DNA of 64,000 nucleotides from an uncultured cyanobacterium (GTDB taxonomy: Bacteria > Cyanobacteriota > Cyanobacteriia > Cyanobacteriales > Microcystaceae): positions 81,918 to 145,917 of the forward strand of contig CAWEDJ010000067.1 of the NCBI GenBank assembly GCA_963807635.1, read 5' to 3'. The position numbers and the translations under genes were made by a program. Every line of letters starts with the position of its first letter. Position 1 is the first letter of the stretch. The notes under the pieces are model-generated. The model made no database searches and was not told the DNA's origin. It saw nothing but the letters and a program-made list of their open reading frames with translations. This document shows, in pieces, positions 10,827 through 22,041 of this stretch.

Positions 10827-12845
10827 TTATGAATTTCTGGATGTTTCTCGGCTAGGACAAAGTGTACAATAAATATTTTTAAATATTTTTATTTGCTCAG
10901 TCCACTCTGGAGTCAATTGATTAACTAAATATCCTAATTTTGAGCATTCAATACATCTATTAGGATTTATTGTATACATTGTATGATGTGAATAAATATG
11001 TTGTTGATCTTGAAGAACTTGAATATGACGACAGAATTCATTTTTCTCTATCATTATATCTCTAAGACACTGAAAATCTATTATAATATTTTCTCTACGT
11101 TCTCTGGGCAAACCATACATTTGAAGTGTTTGGTCGGCATAAAATTCTAACCCTTCATTTGTTGATAAAGGAGATACATCAAAAACACCAATTTTTTTCT
11201 GTTGTACAATCTCATCAATAGATTTCATTATTTGTGAGAATAGAGAATTTCCATCAATAATTTCTTTAGCGGTTTCAAAATGACGCTTATATCCTAAAAA
11301 TTTAGACTGATTAGATACAGCTTGTGCAATCTTTTTAGCTTCTTCTTCTTGTCCATTTATTTCAAATATCTGAGCCATTATTAATTGAAGACGGACTTCC
11401 CCTTCTATCATTTTAGATATTTTATAAATTTCTAACGACTGATTACAAAAATTGATAAGCTCTGATACTTCCTGATTAATAAGATCTTTACTTATAGATT
11501 CTCCTTGAAATGTGATTAAAGCTATATTGTAAGTCAATAGAAGTACCTTAATAAATACTTTAGAGGTAAGAGCATCTGCTACGAAGATTGGATTTCCAAT
11601 TCTAATAGCATATTGAACGAGATCATTCGCTTCAACTAACCAATTTTCAAGATATTGAAAAGCGTATTTTGAATTAGAACTTTTATCAACAACAAAAGGA
11701 TTATTGTTACTCAAGACTATTGTAATAGTTTCATTCAAAATATTATGAATCGAATCTAAGCCTGCTATTTCAATATATTTTACTCTCACACTAAACTTTA
11801 GGTTATCTGGAAAGATTTCTGAATTAACAACTTTGTCTCTAATATTTTTTATTTCATCTAATATTTTTTTATCGTACACTGACAAAGAACGAAATTCATC
11901 TATGAGCTTTTGCAATTTAATTTCTTCTAACAAGCCTTCATCACAAAGTGCTTGTTTTTCAAGGTTTTTATAATATTCATCATTTGTAATTACCCCTAAA
12001 TTAAGTTTTGATGCTAGATGTAGTCTTTCTGCAAATTTTCTATCTTCATCTTGCAAGTCCTCCGAAATGGCTGCATCAGCAGCTTCTCCCAATGCAGTTT
12101 GATATTTACCAATAGTGAAATTTGCGTAAGAACTGATTAGCTTAAATCGGGAAGAAATAGAGGCTTTGTAAGTAATTAAACTTAACTTTTCAAGGACTAC
12201 ATGGGCATAGCCTGCTGCAACAAGAGTTATTCCAGTAGATTCTATAATGTTCTCAATTTCAATAGAATTTTCAGTATTTAGAGTATTAGTGTTGATTACG
12301 ATAGAGACCTTATCATTAGAAGGAGCATATGCGAGGGTTTCTAAAATTTTGCGATGTAATCCCACTTCTTGATAAATCCTGTCATAAATATAATTGAGAG
12401 TTGATTCATTTAATTGTTGTTCAAAAGGAATTGAAATTGTACCCTGATCTTTCCAATCAGAATCCATGCTGATATGGCGACGATTCTCGTCACTTGCCCA
12501 TGTATAAAATAATTCGTCTGTTTCTTCGATGTATAAAATATATAAACCCAAGGGGCCGTTTAATAAATAGTTTAAATTACTTGTTTCAATTTGTAGAGTG
12601 ACAATCCCATCCTTTCTTGCCTGCTTTTTTTGTTTACTTTTGAGTTGAACTTGAGCGCGCATATTAATCGGATTGCCATCAATTAATATCTCTAAAGAGC
12701 CATCAACGCCATAATCATCAATCCGTTCATCTCGAAAAATAAAAAGATGCTCTGGTAACAAAGCTTCAAACTTTTTAATACTTTTTCTCTGTAATCGAGA
12801 AGAAATATCTCCTTGAGGATAGGGATTTGGTTTATTATTCATCAA
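10827..12845 (-). CDS. DUF4365-like (PD-(D/E)xK) domain protein with helical middle and Cys-rich C-terminus
   Basis: DYGVDGSLEI...VQLKS motif; AT-rich; no HIP1 site seen. Confidence 0.72.
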   Translation of the reverse strand: MMNNKPNPYPQGDISSRLQRKSIKKFEALLPEHLFIFRDERIDDYGVDGSLEILIDGNPINMRAQVQLKSKQKKQARKDGIVTLQIETSNLNYLLNGPLGLYILYIEETDELFYTWASDENRRHISMDSDWKDQGTISIPFEQQLNESTLNYIYDRIYQEVGLHRKILETLAYAPSNDKVSIVINTNTLNTENSIEIENIIESTGITLVAAGYAHVVLEKLSLITYKASISSRFKLISSYANFTIGKYQTALGEAADAAISEDLQDEDRKFAERLHLASKLNLGVITNDEYYKNLEKQALCDEGLLEEIKLQKLIDEFRSLSVYDKKILDEIKNIRDKVVNSEIFPDNLKFSVRVKYIEIAGLDSIHNILNETITIVLSNNNPFVVDKSSNSKYAFQYLENWLVEANDLVQYAIRIGNPIFVADALTSKVFIKVLLLTYNIALITFQGESISKDLINQEVSELINFCNQSLEIYKISKMIEGEVRLQLIMAQIFEINGQEEEAKKIAQAVSNQSKFLGYKRHFETAKEIIDGNSLFSQIMKSIDEIVQQKKIGVFDVSPLSTNEGLEFYADQTLQMYGLPRERRENIIIDFQCLRDIMIEKNEFCRHIQVLQDQQHIYSHHTMYTINPNRCIECSKLGYLVNQLTPEWTEQIKIFKNIYCTLCPSRETSRNS

Positions 12846-13071
12846 TTACTTTTCTCCAATTAACTTGTTTGTCAGTTACAACTTTTTTATCAGTGATCTT
12901 CCATGTCAAGAATTCCGAAAAAAGAGGAGATTATCGCTAATCCGTACCATTATAACCTATTAATCCGCTCCCTCAATTAGTGCAAACTCTTGACGCTAAG
13001 TATTTTTCGTCATCTTAACGCTAAACTCATCATCAGACAACAACAATTTCCCAATTCATAAAAACTAATTT

Positions 13072-13240
13072 ATGAAATTCAACGTAACTATTGATCGAGA
13101 TGAAGTATGGCGTTTGGATTTTTGAATGTCCCATTATTCATGGCTGTGTCAGTCAGGGAGAAACCAAAGATAAAGCCTTAGCCAATATTCAAGATGCCAT
13201 TACTGCCTGTCTTCAGGTTGGACGCGATTCTCCATGTTAG
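13072..13240 (+). pseudogene. HicB-family antitoxin remnant
   Basis: MKFNVTIDRDE, then a frameshift, then ECPIIHGCVSQGETKDKALANIQDAITACL. The 3' end is approximate. Confidence 0.75.
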
Positions 13241-13274
13241 ACGCGATTCTTCAGGCTAGATGCCGCTGTTTACT

Positions 13275-13628
13275 TCAAATCTCTGGGATAGGAGGTAAAC
13301 ATTCCTCTAATTGAGTGCGTAACGGAACCAAATTTGAAACAATAACTTCCCAGACAACTTGCTGTTGAATATCATCATAACGATGAATTAAAATATTGCG
13401 TAAACCAATAATTCCACGCCAATTAATATCTGAATGAGTAGATCGAAAATCTGAAGAAATACGACCTGCGCCCTCCCCTAAAATCTCAAGTTGTCGCTCT
13501 ACTGCACTTTGAATTAAGGCACTATTTAAATAATCGTCAAAGGAAAGACTCGCAGTAAATTCCTGTATTTTGGCGATCGCCTGTAACATATCCCAAATAA
13601 AACCCGCATCACGATTATTCGGCAACAT
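13275..13628 (-). CDS. HepT-like HEPN ribonuclease toxin (DUF86)
   Basis: AVERQLEILGE; HEPN Rx4H motif RNILIH. Confidence 0.9.
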   Translation of the reverse strand: MLPNNRDAGFIWDMLQAIAKIQEFTASLSFDDYLNSALIQSAVERQLEILGEGAGRISSDFRSTHSDINWRGIIGLRNILIHRYDDIQQQVVWEVIVSNLVPLRTQLEECLPPIPEI

Positions 13629-13944
13629 AAATCACCTGATAACTATTTAAAATTTCATAACGCCGATAGGGATTTTTAAGACCTTGTTTGTCTGCAATAT
13701 CAACATCTCTACAGAAAAGACTTTTCAATTGTTCCCTCATTGTCACCCAATCCAATAAACTCCACTTTGCATCAGCATTAAAAGTGACAAGTACATCAAT
13801 ATCGCTATCATCACGGAAGTCAGACCGTAAGATTGAACCAAACAAAGCTAATTCATTAATTTTCCAATCCTGACAAAAAGCGGATAGTTGTTCAGGAGAA
13901 ATAAGAAGTCTTTTCTGAATAGCATAATCTAATTGAAATACCAT
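13615..13944 (-). CDS. MntA-like minimal nucleotidyltransferase antitoxin
   Basis: LFGSILRSDFRDDSDIDVLV motif; overlaps the HEPN gene start. Confidence 0.9.
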   Translation of the reverse strand: MVFQLDYAIQKRLLISPEQLSAFCQDWKINELALFGSILRSDFRDDSDIDVLVTFNADAKWSLLDWVTMREQLKSLFCRDVDIADKQGLKNPYRRYEILNSYQVIYVAE

Positions 13945-13964
13945 TAGCGATCGCCCTCTCCAAA

Positions 13965-14537
13965 TTACCAAATCGGCACTAAATCCAAAACAAAACTCGG
14001 TAATAGATCCTCTCCCGATAACATCATTGGATTACTCAAAACCTCCACCGCTCGACCCTGACGATAAATCTCAACTTGTCGATCTTGACGATTGATTAAC
14101 CAACCTAACTGATTCCCATTCTGTAAATATTCCTCCATCTTTTCTTGTAATGACTTCAAATCATCACTTTTCGAGCGTAATTCAATCACAAAATCAGGAC
14201 AAAGCGGCAGAAAACCTTGTTGCTGTTTTAATGTTAAACTATTCCATTTTTCTAACGGAATCCAAGCCGCATCAGGAGATTTGTCCGAACCATTGGGTAA
14301 CTTAAACCCCGTCGAAGAATCAAAAGCAATGCCAAGCTTATTACTCCGACTCCAAGCTTGTAATTGATAGGCAATTTCCGCATTTCGGTTCCCTGTTTCT
14401 CCGCTCGTAGGTGGCATAATCACCAAATCTCCTCGGCAAGTTCTCTCAAAACGTAGGTCACGATTATTCTGACACAGTTGATAAAACTGCTCATCCGATA
14501 AAATTAAAGGATCAAGCTTAATCGTTAGAGGACTCAT
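13965..14537 (-). CDS. Uma2/DUF820-family endonuclease
   Basis: FDSSTGFKLPNG, SPDAAWI, PLCPDFVIELRS, LGWLI. Confidence 0.92.
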   Translation of the reverse strand: MSPLTIKLDPLILSDEQFYQLCQNNRDLRFERTCRGDLVIMPPTSGETGNRNAEIAYQLQAWSRSNKLGIAFDSSTGFKLPNGSDKSPDAAWIPLEKWNSLTLKQQQGFLPLCPDFVIELRSKSDDLKSLQEKMEEYLQNGNQLGWLINRQDRQVEIYRQGRAVEVLSNPMMLSGEDLLPSFVLDLVPIW

Positions 14538-14580
14538 TCTATTTAAGAGGGAATTATTACTAACTCCCCTCATTATAAAC

Positions 14581-14883
14581 TTAGGAAGCAAATCGCGTAT
14601 TCACATGATCCTGATATTTCTGATTAGTCAATTGAAAGCGATACTGGGCTTCTCGGTTTAACCAAAACTCTGACGTACTACCAATAACCCTGGCTAAATT
14701 CAGAGCAATTTCTTTTGTAAGAATAGCTTCTCCATTTAGTAATTGATTAACAAATTGAGGGCTGTAACCTAAAGCTTCAGATAATTGATCTAGATTCCAA
14801 TCGCGCTCCTCTATCACATCTTGAATAGTATCTCCAGGAGGTGACACCCATTGAGGCGTAAAATAAATAGTCACTTCAGTCAT
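14581..14883 (-). CDS. HigA-like XRE antitoxin
   Basis: SPPGDTI, HTH, FWLNREAQYR. Confidence 0.85.
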   Translation of the reverse strand: MTEVTIYFTPQWVSPPGDTIQDVIEERDWNLDQLSEALGYSPQFVNQLLNGEAILTKEIALNLARVIGSTSEFWLNREAQYRFQLTNQKYQDHVNTRFAS

Positions 14884-15205
14884 GATAATCTCCAATAAAA
14901 ACAATACAAATACGAGTCACGCTAGACCAATCAATGCTTTCATCTGGATTAAGCGGAACAGGATCATTTCCTGATTTAAAAACCAATCGGTTGCCTCCCT
15001 CTAATTTAACCGAAAATTCTCCTAAACGATTGCCCTTAAGAGGATGAGGATCACCTGTTATTAATTCTCGTACTGTTCTAGCTGCCATCAAATCAGCTAA
15101 ACGTGACTGAAGTTTTTTAGAACAGCTTTTTCCCAGTTTTCTTTGAGCTAAAGCAGGTTGCTCACAAAGATTTTGCAATTTCTGATTATCAAACGTAATT
15201 TCCAT
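14876..15205 (-). CDS. HigB-like (RelE superfamily) toxin
   Basis: HPLKGNRLGEFSVKL...RLVF, C-terminal GDYHD; toxin-first gene order. Confidence 0.85.
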   Translation of the reverse strand: MEITFDNQKLQNLCEQPALAQRKLGKSCSKKLQSRLADLMAARTVRELITGDPHPLKGNRLGEFSVKLEGGNRLVFKSGNDPVPLNPDESIDWSSVTRICIVFIGDYHD

Positions 15206-15287
15206 TAATATAATTACATTTTGAACAAATTTTCAATTAAACTGGGGGCAAACTTAGAACTTGTATAAATCTCCCCCAATTGTTAAC

Positions 15288-18259
15288 TTACTGATCTGCT
15301 CCTTCAATTGGTGCAAAACCTTGACGTTGAATATTTTCCGTCACATGACGCGGCTCTAGGAATTGCAACAAATAATCAGGGCCACCTGCTTTGGAACCCA
15401 CCCCCGATAACTTAAAGCCGCCAAATGGTTGACGAGAAACGATCGCGCCTGTAATGGTTCGATTAATGTAGAGATTACCTACCTCAAACTCACGGGCCGC
15501 CCGATCAATATGCTCAGGAGTACGGGAAAAAAGACCGCCTGTTAACGCATAATCTGTACTATTAGCAACGGCTAAAGCTTCATCAAAATCAGTTACCTTA
15601 ATGACCGCAACAACGGGGCCAAAAATCTCTTCTTGGGCAATAATGGCGTGGGGAGAAACATTTTTAAAAATGGTGGGACTGACAAAATAACCATCCAAAT
15701 TAATTTCACCTTCTAGGGCAATTTCTGACTCTAATTTACCCTTAGCAATATAGTCCTTAATGCGTTTTTGGGAAGTTGCATCAATCACAGGGCGACCTGG
15801 GTGCTGGGGTCATCCGTTGGGCCGACATTCAGAGAACGAGTTGCTTCTACAAACCGTTCCACAAAAGCATCATACACAGGCTCAAGCACGATCACGCGGG
15901 AACAGGCTGAACACTTTTGCCCCGTATAACCAAAGGCAGAATAGACCGCACTGGCAACTGCTTGATCGAGATCGGCACTTTCATCCACGATCATGGCATT
16001 TTTACCACCCATCTCTGCAATGACTCGTTTGAGATGTTTTTGTCCAGGTTGCAACACCGCCGCATCTGCATAGATCCGACAACCCACTTCTCGCGATCCT
16101 GTGAAGGCGATGAGATGAACATCGGGATGATTGACCATGTGGGAACCGACCACCGAACCTTTGCCAGGAACGTATTGGAACACTCCGTTAGGAATACCTG
16201 CTTCGATTAAGATTTCCGTGATTTTGGCCGCAATCACCGTTGACGTTTCCGCAGGTTTCAATAAAGTACAATTGCCCGTTACTAAGGCCGCGACGGTCAT
16301 TCCTACCGCGATCGCAAAGGGAAAATTCCAAGGAGAAATCACCAGGGCTAAACCGCGTGGTTGATAAATATACCGATTAGTTTCCCCCGCAATATCGTAA
16401 TTATGACCCTGATCCAACCGCTCCATTTCATCGGCATAGTAACGACAAAAATCGATCGCCTCCGAAACTTCCGCATCAGCTTGGGGAATAATTTTACCGA
16501 CTTCCAAACAAATCCAAGCATTCAGTTCATGGCGACGAGTTTCCATGATTTCCGCCGCTTTACGGAGGATTCCTGCTCTTTCCCGTACAGGGGTTTTCTT
16601 CCAGGCAGGAAAGGCATTTTTTGCCGCTTCTAAGGCCAGATCCGCTTGATCTAGATTAATTAAGCCAATTTTGCCGATCAATTCCTGGGGACGGGAGGGA
16701 TTAACCGAATCAATTAACACATCTGTTTCGACATATTCCCCATTAATCAGGGGTAAATAGGTTTTTCCGAGGGAATTTTTAACTTCTGCTAACGCTTGCA
16801 TTGCCTTATCTCGTAGGACGGCGTTGGAATAATCCGTGTCGGGAGAATTGGGATAGCCTTTGGTGGGCAAGCTATCGTGACCGAGGACTTTTGGAGGGGC
16901 AATGAGATCATCAATGGAAACGCCTTCTAAATTCTTCCGTAGAAAGGAACTATTGGCAGTATTTTCTAATAAACGACGAATTAGGTAGGACATCCCTGGT
17001 AAGAGTTTTCCATAGGGCGCATAGACCCGTACTCGATGACCCCGTTTAACCAGAGCTTTGGCGAGTTGATCCCCCATGCCATACAGCACTTGCATCTCAA
17101 AACGACGTTTGGGAATTTGCAACGTTTCCGCGATCGCACAGGCTAGGGCTTGGGAACGCACATTATGACTCCCGATCGCTGCATAGAGATATTCATGATT
17201 TTCTAATAATAAACGGGTCATGCGCTCATAATTGGCATCGGTTGCAGTTTTTTCGAGATAAACAGGGATCGGCCAGTGATTTTGTTGCGATTTAATAGTT
17301 TCCTGATCCCAATAGGCTCCTTTGACTAAACGAACGGTGACGGGATAGCCGCGATGTTTGCCCCATTCGATTAAATTCTTGAGATCCTGCTCAGAATCTT
17401 TCAAATAGGCTTGTAAGGTAATCCCAATATCGGTACGGGGACGAAATTCTTCTTCTATCAGTAATTCTTTGAGAATATTTAAAATCAAATCTTTGTAGGC
17501 ATACTGTTCCATATCAAAGTGAACGGCAACCCCTAATTCCTTCGCCCGACGCAATAAAGACCGAATGCGATCGCAGACTTTGAGCTTACTGCCCTCTGGA
17601 TCAAAGGAATCAAATTGGGAATAAAACGCCGTTAATTTAACCGAAACCTGAACTTTAGGAACTATTTCACCGTCTGCTTCATCAATTTGAGCAACCGTTG
17701 ACCATTTTGCGGCTTCTTGGGACAATTGCTCCATTAAATCCAGATAACTCTGCCAATATCCCTCGGCTTCGGTTTCCGTAATCACCGCTTCTCCCAACAG
17801 GTCAATGGTAAAACCCATTTTTTCTTTTCTGAGGCGTTCTACCGCTTTTGTGACCTGGGCGATCGTTTCCCCTGAAATATATTTAAATGCTAAGGTTTCC
17901 GTCGCTTTACTAATGGTTGCGGCAGCAATTTGGGCGGGGGGAGTATGGGGATCGGTAAAGTTCAAAATGCCTTTTAACGCGGTCGGCAATTCAACCGTTT
18001 CATCCCCCAAATACTGTTGTAGGTGGTTCGCAATTTCCGTATTACTCTTGAGCGCGGGTAAACAGTCAATAAAACGGAATAACTGCATCCGCAAGCCAGG
18101 GCTTCCCATCGCCCAATCGAGCAATTTATCATCCAATCTAACGGAATCGCTGATTTTGTCCCAAAGCGATCGCTTCTCACGGGTTTGGGCTAATAAGTCT
18201 CTCGCAATTTCCTGGGTCTTTTGTTCGTAATCTTGTTGAGTATTGAGTTGGGCAACCAC
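15288..18259 (-). CDS. putA: Bifunctional proline dehydrogenase / P5C dehydrogenase; 1-nt frameshift near 15793, probably a sequencing error
   Basis: RLVKGAYWD, RRLLENTAN, EMGGKNA, GQKCSACSR, QEEIFGPV. Adding one G restores QVGPVIDA and joins ORFs 15785-18259 and 15288-15788. Confidence 0.93.
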
Positions 18260-18595
18260 TGTCTATGCGCTCCGATTAAGTCTTGATGTAGAGATATTCC
18301 CAAATAAAACATTATAACGCAGGAACGGGTTAATTAGTTGACAGGTAATCTTTTTGTAATTTTGGTATTAAGTTAATGCAATCTAGTTAGTTAGGGAATA
18401 TGATGGTAAATTGCCGTTTTGCTCTAATTCGTAATTTTTATCAGAAAAGAATTTATTCAAAAAATTAAAAGAATAAGAGAGGAAGTAAAATACCGATAAT
18501 GACTGGCGAGAGAACCTTTTGCGAACGAAAATAACTACGAATCCAGAAATAATCTTCTGCCGCATCAAGAATAAAATTTAAATTATTCTGATCTA

Positions 18596-18722
18596 GGGCG
18601 TGTCATCAATTAGAAGCCAGAAGCTTTATCAGGCAAGGGATTCAGCCTCCATACTTTCTTGCAACAAAGGCTCACGAAATCCTTACGGAGAGCCAATTCC
18701 AGATTTAATTGATGACACCCCC
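18596..18722. mobile_element. 127-bp MITE with IS5-type ends
   Basis: TIRs GGGCGTGTCATCAATTA and GGGGGTGTCATCAATTA (reverse complement); CTAG context on both sides; left TIR identical to that of the IS at 9257. Confidence 0.9.
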
Positions 18723-20980
18723 TAGTTCAATAATAGGAATAACGACATCTAGACTAAACAAAAGTGCATTTTCTAAATTCTTTTGGATAACTACTGCTGG
18801 AGTGTTATCTTGTTGTAAAGTTCTGTGTCGCCAGAATACAAAAATTTTGGAAAATAAAATTATTGAGATTAATAAAAAAAAGAAGGTTTGTAATCGAGAA
18901 ACCCATCCCCAAATAAATACCACAGGTGCTGAAGAAAATAAAAATATTAATAAAATAATGATAATTAAAATCACTAATATCAAAAGTACACTCTCTACAC
19001 ACAATACAAAATACCCAAGTTTAGGTTGCCTAATTAGGACATTTATCATATTCGCGTCTTTTTCCTCTTTAAATATGACAGAAATCAGCTTAAATACAGG
19101 TTTCAAGAATGAAAATGGATTAAATGGTAATGGATAAATAGATTCAAACTCCACCTTTTTAATAAGTTTTTGCTCGTGAATAAGATATAAATCTATTGAC
19201 TTTACTTTTGGCTTTATTTCTGATACATCTTCTGGCTCTGTTTTTGGACGTTTAAGAGCAACAGACCAATTACCTCTTGGATAATAATCTTGACAAAAAC
19301 CAATTTTAGTATGTAGAGGGCATCGGCTGTCTAAAATTTCGATAAGATATTTAAATTCTTCAGAATTAAGTTTTATTTTTTTATACTTGTCTTTACCATT
19401 ATCAATAAATTTTAAATATAGAAAAAAATTCATATTTTTAATTTCAATTTTATCTCTTTGTTCAGGCTCAGATTTATCAAAAATAATCTGAACGATATTA
19501 TCAAGTTGTGTTCTAATTGATTTTAGATCACAAATTTTATCGTCTGAAATTTTTTGCTCAAGTTCCTCATCTCTTATTTCATTTTCTCGACACTCTAAAG
19601 ATTTAAAAGCTATTTTTCCTTGCTTTTTATAGCTAACAAATAAAGCTAAAAAGAAATTTATGCCTAAAAAGATGATAATAAGACGAAAAATTATTAAACG
19701 TTTAAATCCGTATCCATAAGTTATATCTTGAACAACATTACTTAATAAATTCCAAGACAAAGCAATTGCTTGAATTAAATCAGAAGACAAAGTATTGTTA
19801 TCTTGATCTTGATCTTTATCTTTATTGTCTTTTTGATGAGGATAGATATTCTTAATAATATTAGATTTTGAATTATTTAAATTAGTTAAAGCTATATAAT
19901 ATTCTAACTTCTTTTGCCTATACATCATTTCTTGTTCAACATTAGAAATACCTAATACCTTAGAAACAGTTGCTAGTTTTTGAATGGGTTGTAAAAGCTG
20001 AAGAAGTTTATCATTAGCATTTTCATTGTCTTCGGGGGTCTGAGCTTTATTGTTAAGAGTAATGGCTTCTCGATATAGACTATCTATACAAATCGTTAAA
20101 AATTTATAAGCAATTTTATTGACCTGATTATAATTAAAACCATTAAGTCTGACTTTACAACCACTTTTTTCATCTAGAGATTTCCCAGCTTGAGGAGGCT
20201 CTTTTACTTTCTCCATGTTGATAGTGCCAATATTGGCATTTTCTAAATTAACGACAAACTGAGAAAGATAATTTTGAAAACTTGATGTTTCATTGGTATC
20301 CCATTCACTATTAAAAAGTTGAAAAATGCGATAATCTGAGATTTTTTCAGCAAGTTCAGGAGCAACATAAGAGACCAATGCTTTTGCTTTAATATTACTC
20401 ATATTAATAACATCTATTTGTGAATATTGATCTGGCAATTTTGTTGCATAAAAAGTTTGATCGATAATAATAGCATCGTCTACCTCGGCAGCCACTAAGC
20501 TGATACCTCTTTCAATCTTTTCAGTTTGTAGAGCCATCACATTCAGCACGAATTCATCGATACTTGAATTAATCATATCCCGTACTTTTTTTGCGCTTAC
20601 GCTGAGCGAAACGCTTTTAATATATACTGATACTTTGATTTTAGTGGCTTTTAAATCTACAACATAAATGGGTTCATTATTCTTTTTCTCTTCGTTTAGA
20701 TTACACGAGAATTGAGTTTCTTGTAAATAGAGATCACTTCCAATTTGGGTTCTAGTTAAATCAAGTAATTTACATTTATCCGATAGATTGTGATTATCAA
20801 ATTTTGCTTTCGTGAACGATAATGTTCCTCCAACAATGGCATCATTAAAAATTACTTTACGTTTAAATTCAGAACCCTCAAAATTCAAAGATTTTGCAAA
20901 ATTCGAGTAAGATAAATCAACTAAATTGTTAAATGTAGAATCAGTTAGATTTACCTCTTTTTTTATATCGTGTGATCTTA

Positions 20981-22041
20981 CAGCAATTTCCGATCAAACG
21001 CACCACGAAAAAGCTATCTCAAAGGCTCAAAGTAGAGACCACAATGTTGGAACCAATCAAGAGCATTTTCATCAGTAATGGTATTGATCGCATTAGTAAT
21101 AGCTTCGTCAAGAGCCTCGATTGTTCGAGCTTTAGCAGAGCGAATAATTTCTTTTAATTTAGACCAACACAACTCAATTGGTGATAAATCTGGCGAATAG
21201 GAAGGTAAAAATTTAACCTTGGCTCCAACAGATTCAATCAGATTTGTAGTGACGGTAGCGTAATGTACAGACAAATTATCCATCACGACAATTGCCCCTG
21301 CCCATAACTGAGGTAATAATACTTGCTCAATAAAGACTAAAAAACTATCGGTATTTAGACTGCCAGGAAAGGTCATTGAGGCAATCAAACCTTCATCACT
21401 CATCGCCCCAATTAAAGTGATGTTTTGTCCTTTATTTCCTGGACGCTCATCATAAACCCTTTCTCCTCCCAGACAACGCGCATAGAGTCTTACCATCGCT
21501 AGATTAAGACCCGTCTCATCAATGAATATCAGGTTTCTTATATCTATCGTCTCTAGCCAACGTCTAAATTCATAACGCGATTCTTTAACCTTTTCTGTGC
21601 CTTGCTCACTTGCTACTAATGTTTTTTTTTTACGCCCTAATTCTAAACGTGTAAGAGTTCGACTTACCCCCGATATACTTACTTCTATTCCTTTCTCTTG
21701 TTGCAATTTTTCTTGGATTTCTCGTAAATATATATCATTTTGTTCTGCAACTATTTTTTTTAATAATTCTTCGTCTTCACCCTTTATCTTTGAACGGCGA
21801 TCTCCCCCTTGGGGTTTGGGTGCTATTTCATTTGTTTGTCGATACCGACGTAAAAAATCGCGAACGAAAGATAAGCTAACCTTAAATCGTTTTGCTAAAC
21901 CTCTTTGAGTATTTTCTTGGTTTTGCCATGCCGTTAGTATTCTTTGGCGTAAATCTAGCGAATATGCTGCCATATCTCATTAATTTTTTTAAGTTTTTTT
22001 CATGTTACCATACTTGTAGCGGGTTTGAACGAAATTTGCTG
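20981..22041 (-). mobile_element. IS630-family insertion sequence
   Basis: TA duplication at 20979-80 and 22042-43; TIRs CAGCAATTTCCGATCAAAC and CAGCAAATTTCGTTCAAAC. Confidence 0.92.
21014..21973 (-). CDS. IS630 transposase
   Basis: AYSLDLRQRI HTH, FIDETG, VMDNLSVH, LPSYSPDLSPIE. Confidence 0.95.
   Translation of the reverse strand: MAAYSLDLRQRILTAWQNQENTQRGLAKRFKVSLSFVRDFLRRYRQTNEIAPKPQGGDRRSKIKGEDEELLKKIVAEQNDIYLREIQEKLQQEKGIEVSISGVSRTLTRLELGRKKKTLVASEQGTEKVKESRYEFRRWLETIDIRNLIFIDETGLNLAMVRLYARCLGGERVYDERPGNKGQNITLIGAMSDEGLIASMTFPGSLNTDSFLVFIEQVLLPQLWAGAIVVMDNLSVHYATVTTNLIESVGAKVKFLPSYSPDLSPIELCWSKLKEIIRSAKARTIEALDEAITNAINTITDENALDWFQHCGLYFEPLR

Noticed and set aside
13223..13256. Direct repeat GACGCGATTCT twice
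   Set aside because: Only two short copies at a decayed hicB end; probably a local duplication scar.
15760..18230. Several short ORFs overlapping putA, and similar ones over atp, pheS, TPS and CHAT genes
   Set aside because: Antisense or alternate-frame shadows of well-supported genes.
18705..20888. 727-aa and 152-aa (22000-22458) ORFs as independent genes
   Set aside because: They are fragments of one gene; their apparent ends (GGVIN*, QQISFKPATSMVT*) come from mobile-element sequence.
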